This document shows positions 27,465-34,566 of a DNA stretch of 38,265 nucleotides, one piece after another (position 1 is the stretch's first letter; every line of letters begins with the position of its first letter). The notes beneath the pieces are model-generated. The model was given only the letters and a program-made list of their open reading frames with translations. It made no database searches and was not told where the DNA came from. The DNA comes from a virus (taxonomy: Duplodnaviria; Heunggongvirae; Uroviricota; Caudoviricetes). Made by a program: the position numbers and the translations under genes. Location of the stretch: positions 1-38,265 of the IMG/VR virus record IMGVR_UViG_2917870735_000001, one strand, 5' to 3'.

Positions 27465-28274
27465 TCAATGAACGGTATCGAGCAGCTTTAACAGCTCAGG
27501 GAATCGGGATTCGAAGAAATGCGGCTGCGTCTCGCGCGGATTTGCGGGACTGGTGATGTTCTTGCCGAACATGCAGCCTTTCGCTGTCAGCGACCAGAAT
27601 TTTTTGATGTTGTTAATCGCGGTACGGCTGTATCGTTCGCGTTGTTCAACGATCCCCAGCTTCACCATCTGGTGATATGCCTGATTAGCCGTCAGGCGGA
27701 TACCATACTGCTTCAGCAGTGCACTCAGCGACAGCGTGGGGCGACTTGAGCCATCGTGTGCATCAGCAGGAGCATCAATGGCATAGCGCGGTGCCAGATT
27801 CGGTAATCCAACAGCCTCCTGGAGTTTCTGACAGGCCCCAAGCACAGATGAGTTAGACAGGTTTAACTCCCGACGCATAAAGTCCAGCAGAATCACTCCA
27901 GCCTGCATCTTGTCAGCAGCCTGTCCGGATAATTTTTCCGGTGCGCTGGTTACCATGTCGAAAGTACGGATCACCTTCAGATGGAATGACGGGCTGATCC
28001 ACATTGCATAGGCATACACCAGTTCCTTACAGACATACGTTCCCCGTTCATTTCCCCCATGAATCACACTCACCGGGTCAACACCCAAATTCTGGGTGTT
28101 GGTCAATTCATGAACAAGCTCAACAGTTTGTTGGCTGGAAAGAAACTTTCCTGGCTCCTTGGTTCTTGCATTTGCACCAGATGCTACTGCTGCGCGATGC
28201 AGATCGTTCAGGCTGTAACGACCATAAGCATCACGACGAACTTCAATACCATCAATGACCATCAGATTATTCAT
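27465..28274 (-). CDS. KilA-N domain protein (antirepressor-like)
   Basis: 269 aa; ATG at 28274 with AGGAGAA RBS; N-terminal region with the KilA-N-like pattern (..IDGIEVRRDAYGRYSLNDLHRAA.. ..YAMWISPSFHLKVIRTF..). Confidence 0.55.
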   Translation of the reverse strand: MNNLMVIDGIEVRRDAYGRYSLNDLHRAAVASGANARTKEPGKFLSSQQTVELVHELTNTQNLGVDPVSVIHGGNERGTYVCKELVYAYAMWISPSFHLKVIRTFDMVTSAPEKLSGQAADKMQAGVILLDFMRRELNLSNSSVLGACQKLQEAVGLPNLAPRYAIDAPADAHDGSSRPTLSLSALLKQYGIRLTANQAYHQMVKLGIVEQRERYSRTAINNIKKFWSLTAKGCMFGKNITSPANPRETQPHFFESRFPELLKLLDTVH

Positions 28275-28293
28275 ACTTCGTTTCTCCTCTTAA

Positions 28294-28683
28294 TCAGGCG
28301 GCTGCACCCGCCGTTTTCTCGTACTTACTTATAGTGATCTCGACCTTCCCTTCCGGGATAACCGGTCCCCACTCCACCAGCATTCTTTTCACCTGGCTGT
28401 CGTCTTCCCACACACCCGCGTGGGTCAGGGCGTCAAACAGCGCCTTGTTATAGTTATCCAGATCGCGGATCCGGTTATCCGGTGGAAACAACACGATCTC
28501 CACTGAAGCAGGTGCCGACGTTGGTTTCGGCAGACGACGTAACTGCTCAATGATGGCGGCACACGCCGCGCCCTGGAATTTGCGCCCCGCCGCGCTTATC
28601 AGGCTCTTACCTGCAAACGCCCCTTTGTTGGGGTGTCGCCAGTACGTGTTCACGCTGGGCGGAAAAGGCAGAATCAGCTTCAT
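28294..28683 (-). CDS. rusA: RusA-family Holliday junction resolvase
   Basis: 129 aa; ..RDLDNYNKALFDALTHAGVWEDDSQV.. matches the remembered RusA catalytic core (DLDN..K..DAL...W.DD.QV); ATG overlaps upstream stop (ATGA). Confidence 0.8.
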   Translation of the reverse strand: MKLILPFPPSVNTYWRHPNKGAFAGKSLISAAGRKFQGAACAAIIEQLRRLPKPTSAPASVEIVLFPPDNRIRDLDNYNKALFDALTHAGVWEDDSQVKRMLVEWGPVIPEGKVEITISKYEKTAGAAA

Positions 28684-29006
28684 ACTTTCAGGCCCCTCTC
28701 ATGTAACCAGTAGGCTGCACGCAGCCTAGCGTTTTCCTCACCGGCAAGCAGTGCGCGGATAATCCCGACCGCCTCGCTGTCGTCGTCCTTCACCGCGGTA
28801 TGAAGCGTGATCCCCCGGGCCACGCCACGCTTTATCGTGATGACGCCTTTTTTCTCCAGTGCGCGAAGATGCTCCACCGCTGCATTCACTGAACGGTATC
28901 CCAGCATGGTTGCCACCTCCTGATTGGTTGGCGGGAAGCCACGTTCTTTCTGATAAGAAATCAGCATATCCAGCACCTGCTGCTGGCATTGAGTTAACGT
29001 CGTCAT
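28680..29006 (-). CDS. LexA N-terminal DNA-binding-domain-only protein
   Basis: From ATG 29006: MTTLTQCQQQVLDMLISYQKERGFPPTNQEVATMLGYRSVNAAVEHLRALEKKGVITIKRGVARGITL.. closely parallels the remembered E. coli LexA N-terminal winged-helix domain ([66 protein letters not shown]); no S24 peptidase domain follows. ATG overlaps the upstream TAA (TAATG). Confidence 0.6.
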   Translation of the reverse strand: MTTLTQCQQQVLDMLISYQKERGFPPTNQEVATMLGYRSVNAAVEHLRALEKKGVITIKRGVARGITLHTAVKDDDSEAVGIIRALLAGEENARLRAAYWLHERGLKV

Positions 29007-29494
29007 TAAGCCCCCACGTAATTCCCTGACAGATACCACTCTTCACCCGATGCAGCGCGCTTGCTGCTTTTCCGTAAACACCGCTCACGACGCGCAAGAA
29101 AATTGTTTCGCTCTTGCTGGGAGTGGCTTTCACGGAATGCCGCCATCCACACCGTTGCAGCACGACGAAATAAGCCCCTGGACTCCAGTTCTTCAGCCTG
29201 GCGGGTCAGGCACAAAATCACCCGCGGGTCGTTAGTGCCGACATAGAAATTGCGCACAGGTCTGGATTCACGAACTGGTTGCGGTTCCGGCTCCTGCGGT
29301 ATCTCAGTCAGGCGAGGGAAATGTCTGCGTGTATCCCCTTCACAACGGTGAGCCACACGCCCACTCTGACGTAACTTGCTTGCTGACTGCAGAACGCGCT
29401 GTCGTGAGTAACCTGCAAAAGCATCCGCAATGTCTCCGGAAGTACACCCCGGATGGGCTTCAATGAATTTCTGAACGTCATTCAAAAGACTCAT
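29006..29494 (-). CDS. hypothetical protein of replication module
   Basis: About 162 aa from ATG 29494 (2 nt after the initiator stop); basic, Arg-rich C-terminus; no recognised motif. Too short to be a helicase loader. Confidence 0.45.
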   Translation of the reverse strand: MSLLNDVQKFIEAHPGCTSGDIADAFAGYSRQRVLQSASKLRQSGRVAHRCEGDTRRHFPRLTEIPQEPEPQPVRESRPVRNFYVGTNDPRVILCLTRQAEELESRGLFRRAATVWMAAFRESHSQQERNNFLARRERCLRKSSKRAASGEEWYLSGNYVGA

Positions 29495-29496
29495 GA

Positions 29497-30438
29497 TCAC
29501 CCCCTGAATCCTGCCGGGATCTGGCTGTAGTCCACGTTGTCGTAACTGGCTTTAAAGTACGGGTCTTCGCGTTTTTCTGTGTACGTGCTGACGGACGGTG
29601 ATAAGCGCAGGGAAAGTTCATCCCATTTTTCCCGCAATTTCGATGGGCTGAGGACGTTACGGCACCAGAACGGGTCACGACTGACGCGGCTGTACATCTC
29701 GCAGATTTGTTTGTGAGTGCGACCATCCTGAACACACATCAGGCGAATTTCGTTTGCCCAGGCTGTCCAGTTTGGTTCTTTGGGACGAACCACCTCGCCG
29801 TCACATTCGGCGGCCTGCTCGTACAGGGCGATGATTTTTTTCCAGAGCCACTGTGCACAGGTCAAATCATCCTGCGTTCCCCACTGGCGCTTTTTAGGGC
29901 TGAATACAACCGCATCAGGATGGCGAGTTAAAAAATCCTGTTCAGCCTTCTGCGTGTCCGGTTGCGAAGCGTCCGGACGAGAAGTTTTTTTATCTGACGG
30001 ATCATGTTTTGATTTTACTGACGGATCCCCGCCAGATTCTGACGGGTGAAAACCCGCTTTTTTGCCAGATTTCGACGCATCAAATTTTGACGGGTCAGAT
30101 TTTGATGCGTCAGATTTTGACGGGTCAGAATCTGACAGTTGAGAAAGTGCCGCAGCCTGAAGCTTTGCAACGTTAAGCTGATAGACGTTCGACGCATTGC
30201 GGTTACCCTGGCGACGCGCCTTACGCGTTAACCAGCCTTCTGCTTCCAGCCGTGCGATAGCCGTTCTTACAGTACTCACCCCTGCGCCAATCTGGCGGGC
30301 AATGGTTTCAATTGATGGCCAGCACACACCTTCGTCATTACTGAAATCAGCCAGGCGGGCCATAATTGCCACACTGGATAATTTCATGCCTGACGCTGCG
30401 CAACCATCCCATACATAGCCGGTTAATTTAGTGCTCAT
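29497..30438 (-). CDS. replication initiator (O-like) with N-terminal winged-helix DNA-binding domain and internal origin iterons
   Basis: 313 aa; N-terminal HTH (..WPSIETIARQIGAGVSTVRTAIARLEAEGWL..); central low-complexity linker DPSKSDASKSDPSKFDASKSG encoded by tandem DNA iterons, as in the lambda O architecture. Confidence 0.65.
   Translation of the reverse strand: MSTKLTGYVWDGCAASGMKLSSVAIMARLADFSNDEGVCWPSIETIARQIGAGVSTVRTAIARLEAEGWLTRKARRQGNRNASNVYQLNVAKLQAAALSQLSDSDPSKSDASKSDPSKFDASKSGKKAGFHPSESGGDPSVKSKHDPSDKKTSRPDASQPDTQKAEQDFLTRHPDAVVFSPKKRQWGTQDDLTCAQWLWKKIIALYEQAAECDGEVVRPKEPNWTAWANEIRLMCVQDGRTHKQICEMYSRVSRDPFWCRNVLSPSKLREKWDELSLRLSPSVSTYTEKREDPYFKASYDNVDYSQIPAGFRG
29990..30140. 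repeat. replication origin iterons (tandem roughly 15-bp repeats, consensus about ATTTTGACGGGTCAG) inside the initiator gene
   Basis: Plus-strand copies at about 30067..30082, 30083..30098, 30099..30113, 30114..30128, 30129..30138, with further degenerate copies at 29993..30050; adjacent T-rich stretch at 29985..29992. Confidence 0.6.
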
Positions 30439-30447
30439 GACCGACCT

Positions 30448-30786
30448 CTATTTCCCTGAATTTACGACGAAACTGTTCGAGCGGACTGAAGCATTCATGC
30501 TCATAGCCTTCGCGGAGGTAGATAACCCGTTGTGTTTCCGGCTCCCAACGAATGACTCTGACGGGTACTCCGTAGTGATCTTTGAACCAGCGGTTAACTT
30601 GTCGCAAAGGACTGTCTCCTTCTGCCGGTTGAAATCACCCACAGCCCACTCTGCAAAGCTGTGGGTTACAATTTCCCTGTCACCTGGTACATTCACTGCA
30701 TAGCAATACTCCACCTTCGCTTTTCCACCCGGTACAGGAAGCGCAATCAGTTGCGAGCGACGGTAGGGTGTTGTTAAACTGTTCAT
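30448..30786 (-). CDS. hypothetical protein
   Basis: 112 aa; ATG at 30786 overlaps the upstream stop (ATGA) indicating coupling within the early-right operon; no recognised motif. Confidence 0.45.
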   Translation of the reverse strand: MNSLTTPYRRSQLIALPVPGGKAKVEYCYAVNVPGDREIVTHSFAEWAVGDFNRQKETVLCDKLTAGSKITTEYPSESFVGSRKHNGLSTSAKAMSMNASVRSNSFVVNSGK

Positions 30787-31340
30787 GCGTTAGTTTCTCC
30801 ACAATTAGAAGCAATCGACGCCACGACGCCCGGAGCTGCACACTCGCGGGCGTCATTACTTTCTGAAATGCAAAAGATTTTGTAGACCAGTGCTGCATGC
30901 TCCTGCAGCTTCGAAATTGACAGGTACAGTTCGTCGTTAATTGCTGCCTGCTCGTGTGGTTCCACCACCCCATCTTCAATTGCTGAACGAATCTGTTTTG
31001 AATAACTGCCGATCTGTTCAATGACCTCCAGCAGGCGTTGATTGATATCGGCGTTCTCTACTTCCTCAATTTCAGGAAGCGATACAAACACCCCACCAGC
31101 AGACTGTGCGACTGCATCCGCAATGTGGTGAGTGCCAGCAGCACGCTGTAAAACCATTGCCCATCCCAGCGGGAAAATCTGATCGCCATCGGCACGAAGG
31201 CGGTTGAATAAAGCGTTCTCTGTTACATCCAGCCAGTCAGCAGCTTCAGCGTACCCCCCCGGCAACGCCGCGATAGTTTTTCTGACAGCTTTCACGTACC
31301 ACTCAGGCTGTTTTTCTACTTTCCAGTGATGCTTACCCAC
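30783..31340 (-). CDS. early regulatory protein in CII position (possibly YdaT-like)
   Basis: 185 aa; GTG start at 31340 with AGGAGG RBS, overlapping cro-like 3' end; assignment rests on synteny (cro, then this gene, then replication genes), not on sequence recognition. Confidence 0.4.
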   Translation of the reverse strand: MGKHHWKVEKQPEWYVKAVRKTIAALPGGYAEAADWLDVTENALFNRLRADGDQIFPLGWAMVLQRAAGTHHIADAVAQSAGGVFVSLPEIEEVENADINQRLLEVIEQIGSYSKQIRSAIEDGVVEPHEQAAINDELYLSISKLQEHAALVYKIFCISESNDARECAAPGVVASIASNCGETNA

Positions 31341-31593
31341 GGCTTACCTCCTGTTCCTGTGGTTTAAACTCATTCCGGTTTTGACTAGATTGAAAACGAG
31401 CAGGGTAGAGAATCTGCATTTCGCTGATTTCGCCCTTAAAAAAATTGGCCAGACGTTCTGCAAGATCGATAGATGGAATTTGTTCCAGTCTCTCAATACG
31501 ACTCAGCGTCGCTGGATTGACCTGAACGCCCGCAGCAACATGCTGCAAAGTGAATCCATGCGCCTTACGCACATTTCGTAATGGTGATTGCAT
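31333..31593 (-). CDS. Cro-like HTH (XRE-family) repressor
   Basis: 86 aa; HTH ..HGFTLQHVAAGVQVNPATLSRIERLEQIPS..; ATG at 31593 with GGAGG RBS; divergent from cI across an operator-containing intergenic region. Confidence 0.7.
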   Translation of the reverse strand: MQSPLRNVRKAHGFTLQHVAAGVQVNPATLSRIERLEQIPSIDLAERLANFFKGEISEMQILYPARFQSSQNRNEFKPQEQEVSRG

Positions 31594-31690
31594 ATAACCT
31601 CCACATATTGCGTGATAAGCATATTATTTCACGCAAAAAATTTGCGCAAGTTGATTTGCTTAACGCGCAATAAAGAAATGTAATAAACGC
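31594..31690. promoter_or_regulatory. immunity operator/promoter region (OR-like) with divergent promoters
   Basis: Inverted repeat TTGCGTGA (31608..31615) / TCACGCAA (31629..31636); palindrome TTGCGCAA (31642..31649); further CGCAA half-site at 31666..31670. Candidate rightward-genes promoter on minus strand: -35 TTGCGC, 17-nt spacer, -10 TAATAT. No SD before cI ATG. Confidence 0.6.
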
Positions 31691-32383
31691 ATGAACATAG
31701 GAAACCGAGTCAGACAACTTCGCCAGGCGAAGAACATGAAAATCGCCGATCTTGCTGAAGCAATAGGAGTGGATGCGGCGAACATCTCACGTTTGGAAAC
31801 AGGCAAGCAGAAACAATTTACCGAACAAGCACTGAGCAATATTGCCAAGAGCTTAGGTGTTGATATTGCTGATCTCTTTACCATAGACATCAAAAGTAAT
31901 ACTGTATATAAAAACAGTATTAATGAGGATGTTACGCAGGTGAAGGATGTGTTCCGTATTGAAATGCTGGATGTCAGTGCCAGTGCGGGAAATGGCCTTA
32001 TCCAGGGCGGTGATGTCATTGATGTGATTCATGCCATCGAATACAGAACTGATAATGCTGTATCGATGTTTGGCGGACGACCAGCCAATCACATTAAAGT
32101 TATCAACGTTCGTGGAGACAGTATGTGTCCAACCATAGAGCCAGGAGATCTAATCTTCGTTGATGTCAGTATCAATCAGTTTGATGGAGATGGTATCTAT
32201 GTATTTGGTTTTGATGATAAAATTTACGTCAAACGACTGCAAATGATACCTGACAAATTGCTGGTGATTTCTGATAACCAGATTTACCGCGAATGGGGAA
32301 TTACCAGCGAAAATGAACACCGATTCATGGTCTTTGGAAAGGTCTTAATCAGCCAGTCACAAACCCTTAAGCGACACAATTAA
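31691..32383 (+). CDS. cI: CI-type repressor (HTH_XRE plus S24 LexA-like autopeptidase domain)
   Basis: 230 aa; N-terminal HTH (..MKIADLAEAIGVDAANISRLETGKQ..), C-terminal S24 domain with Ser motif (..VRGDSMCPTIEPGDLIFVD..) and Lys (..YVKRL..); divergent from cro-like gene. Confidence 0.9.
   Translation: MNIGNRVRQLRQAKNMKIADLAEAIGVDAANISRLETGKQKQFTEQALSNIAKSLGVDIADLFTIDIKSNTVYKNSINEDVTQVKDVFRIEMLDVSASAGNGLIQGGDVIDVIHAIEYRTDNAVSMFGGRPANHIKVINVRGDSMCPTIEPGDLIFVDVSINQFDGDGIYVFGFDDKIYVKRLQMIPDKLLVISDNQIYREWGITSENEHRFMVFGKVLISQSQTLKRHN
31900..31919. promoter_or_regulatory. SOS-box-like palindrome TACTGTATATAAAAACAGTA inside the cI coding sequence
   Basis: Matches the LexA box consensus TACTG(TA)5CAGTA at 18 of 20 positions, with both CTGT/ACAG arms and TA flanks intact; lies in the linker-coding part of cI. 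Confidence 0.4.
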
Positions 32384-32402
32384 CCCCACATCCCCATCAT
32401 TT

Positions 32403-32427
32403 AGCCACTAGAAGGTGGCTTTTCATT
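32403..32427 (+). terminator. terminator-like hairpin downstream of cI
   Basis: Stem agccac / gtggct (6 bp) with 6-nt loop followed by TTTTCATT; 20 nt after cI stop. Confidence 0.5.
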
Positions 32428-32436
32428 GCCCACAAC

Positions 32437-32490
32437 ATTGCACATTACGCAATAAAATACTTGCACAGCACGCAATTTAATTTTATCTTT
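32437..32490 (+). promoter_or_regulatory. second operator cluster (OL-like) with candidate rightward early promoter
   Basis: Same half-sites as OR: ATTGC..GCAAT (32437..32453) and TTGCA..CGCAA (32461..32475); candidate -35 TTGCAC (32461..32466) and AT-rich -10 around 32481..32490. Confidence 0.35.
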
Positions 32491-32941
32491 CTTTCCAGAC
32501 CAACAAACAAGGTCCTAACAAAATTTGGTTGTAACACGGCGTATGGCACATGCGTCATTAGCGGTCTGGAGACGTTAAAGGGGACAATCCACTCCTTGCT
32601 CGGGCAAACAAACCAGGTAGCCGGAATGTGCAAGTCAATGATGATGCTGACAAGACGCCTAACCAGCGTGGCGATTCGGTTTGACGCCTGGGAAGAGACC
32701 AGGGTGCAACGATAAGAGCATTTATGGAGCCGCAACAAAGTGTGGTGCCGTAACGGGCTAAGTGCTCTCAGCGTTGTGGTAATCCGCGAAATGGCGCGGC
32801 GGTAAGTATGGCGGGGTTACTCTTTCCCCGTTGAGGACACCGGGTTGTCAGGCTGACCATACGCCTGAGTGACAACCCCGCCACAACAGCCACTGCCTTG
32901 GCGGTATCAGTTTGTACCATTGCTTCCGGCTGGTACCGCTC

Positions 32942-33040
32942 TTTTTACAAAACAGAGAAGAGCATCACCGGACGACGGGCTCATAACCCAATCCATCCGG
33001 GCGGCTACTACCGCAGGTGTTCTTCTCTGTTTTGTGGAGA
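32942..33040. repeat. long inverted repeat: perfect 15-bp arms ACAAAACAGAGAAGA / TCTTCTCTGTTTTGT separated by 59 bp
   Basis: Arms at 32947..32961 and 33021..33035, extendable with G-U/A-U pairs to about 20 bp (32942..33040); lies in an ORF-poor leader upstream of the early-left genes. Confidence 0.5.
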
Positions 33041-33160
33041 AACTAACCGCCCCTGCGGGGGCATCTATTGAAACGTAATTGACTCAATAATCGCCGGATG
33101 GCGAGGGCTTCCTTTTCCCAAAATTCAGCGCGGTGCAGCGCATATAAAGTGGAGAACGAA

Positions 33161-33697
33161 ATGTCATTTATTAAAACTTTTTCCGGGAAGCATTTTTATT
33201 ATGACAAGATAAATAAAGACGACATCGTTATTAACGATATCGCGGTTTCCCTTTCAAATATCTGTCGCTTTGCTGGTCATCTTTCACACTTCTACAGCGT
33301 TGCCCAACATGCGGTGCTTTGCAGCCAGCTGGTACCGGAGGAGTTTGCTTTTGAAGCGTTAATGCATGATGCAACAGAAGCGTATTGCCAGGACGTCCCC
33401 GCACCACTGAAACGCCTTCTTCCTGACTATAAACGGATGGAAGAAAAAATAGACACCGTAATCCGTGAGAAATACGGGTTACCCCCGGTTATGAGTACGC
33501 CCGTGAAATATGCCGATCTCATCATGCTGGCAACCGAACGCCGCGATCTCGGGCTTGATGATGGCTCTTTCTGGCCTGTACTGGAAGGCATCTCGGCAAC
33601 AGAGATGTTCAAAGTGATTTCACTGGCACCGGGCCATGCCTACGGGATGTTTATGGAACGCTTCAACGAGTTATCGGAGTTACGCAAATGCGCATAA
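33161..33697 (+). CDS. HD-domain phosphohydrolase (YfbR-like 5'-deoxynucleotidase family)
   Basis: ATG at 33161 with GGAGA RBS; H..HD signature (..HAVLCSQLV..ALMHDATEAYCQDVPAPLKRLL..) parallels the remembered E. coli YfbR pattern (..YHDASEVLTGDLPTPVK..). Confidence 0.65.
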   Translation: MSFIKTFSGKHFYYDKINKDDIVINDIAVSLSNICRFAGHLSHFYSVAQHAVLCSQLVPEEFAFEALMHDATEAYCQDVPAPLKRLLPDYKRMEEKIDTVIREKYGLPPVMSTPVKYADLIMLATERRDLGLDDGSFWPVLEGISATEMFKVISLAPGHAYGMFMERFNELSELRKCA

Positions 33698-34566
33698 CTC
33701 ATGTAGTTAGTTTTTCTGGCGGGAGAACATCAGCATATCTTGTTCACCTGATGGAAGAACAAAGAAAGGCTGGTAACAGCGTCTGCTACATCTTTATGGA
33801 TACCGGTTGCGAACATCCGCTGACATATCGCTTTATTCGGGAGGTTGTGAAGTTCTGGGACAGACCACTAACTGTGTTGCAGGTAAATATCAATCCAGAG
33901 CTTGGGCAGCCAAATGGTTATACGGTATGGGAACCAAAGGATATTCAGACGCGAATGCCGGTGCTCAAGCCGTTTATGGACATGGTTAAAAAATATGGCA
34001 CGCCATACATCGGCGGCGAGTTCTGCACTGACAGATTAAAACTCGTCCCCTTCACCAAATACTGCGATGACCATTTCGGGAGAGGGAATTACATCACATG
34101 GCTGGGTATTCGCGCAGATGAACCCCGCAGACTGAAACCGAAATCGGGTGTCCGGTATCTTGCCGAGCTGTCAGATTTTGATAAGTCGGATGTTATCCGG
34201 TGGTGGCGTAAACAACCTTTTGATTTGCAAATCCCGGAGCACCTCGGGAACTGTGTTTTCTGCATCAAAAAGTCAACGCAAAAGCTGGGGCTTGCATGTA
34301 AAGACGAACCGGGTCTGATGCGAGTTTTTAAGGAACTGGTTACGGGTAAACACGTCAGAGATGGTCATCGCAGGACAGGTAAAGACGTTATGTACCGTTG
34401 TCACCTGACGCTTGACGGGATTGCCAGAATGTATACCGACAGTGACTACAAAAATTTGTATCAGGCGATGGTGCAGGCCAGGCGATTTGATACCGGGTCG
34501 TGTTCAGAGTCATGTGAAATCTTTGGTGATCAATTGGAATTGAAATTCGAAGAGGTAGGGGTATGA
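33688..34566 (+). CDS. PP-loop ATP pyrophosphatase superfamily protein (PAPS reductase-like)
   Basis: 292 aa; N-terminal PP-loop-like motif ..VVSFSGGRTSAY..; GGAG RBS; start overlaps HD gene 3' end by 10 nt. Confidence 0.6.
   Translation: MRITHVVSFSGGRTSAYLVHLMEEQRKAGNSVCYIFMDTGCEHPLTYRFIREVVKFWDRPLTVLQVNINPELGQPNGYTVWEPKDIQTRMPVLKPFMDMVKKYGTPYIGGEFCTDRLKLVPFTKYCDDHFGRGNYITWLGIRADEPRRLKPKSGVRYLAELSDFDKSDVIRWWRKQPFDLQIPEHLGNCVFCIKKSTQKLGLACKDEPGLMRVFKELVTGKHVRDGHRRTGKDVMYRCHLTLDGIARMYTDSDYKNLYQAMVQARRFDTGSCSESCEIFGDQLELKFEEVGV

Noticed and set aside
28738-29163. 141-aa minus-strand ORF overlapping the LexA-DBD-like gene and the replication-module gene in another frame
   Set aside because: Alternative frame across two better-supported, translationally coupled genes; Arg/Gly-rich low-complexity translation.
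29990-30140. Tandem short repeats considered as a possible CRISPR array
   Set aside because: Repeat unit is only about 15 bp with no intervening unique spacers, is in-frame coding sequence of the initiator, and there are no cas genes; interpreted as origin iterons.
32700-32900. Possible tRNA or att site in the structured leader
   Set aside because: No cloverleaf could be drawn and no T-loop-like GTTC..A..CC motif is present; the integrase is at the far end of the window, so att is expected outside or next to int rather than here.
32445-33078. ORFs 32445..32738 (-), 32461..32715 (+) and 32869..33078 (+) in the cI to HD-gene gap
   Set aside because: Mutually overlapping on opposite strands, no SD sequences, GTG start for the last one, and they cut across the inverted repeats; region treated as noncoding leader.
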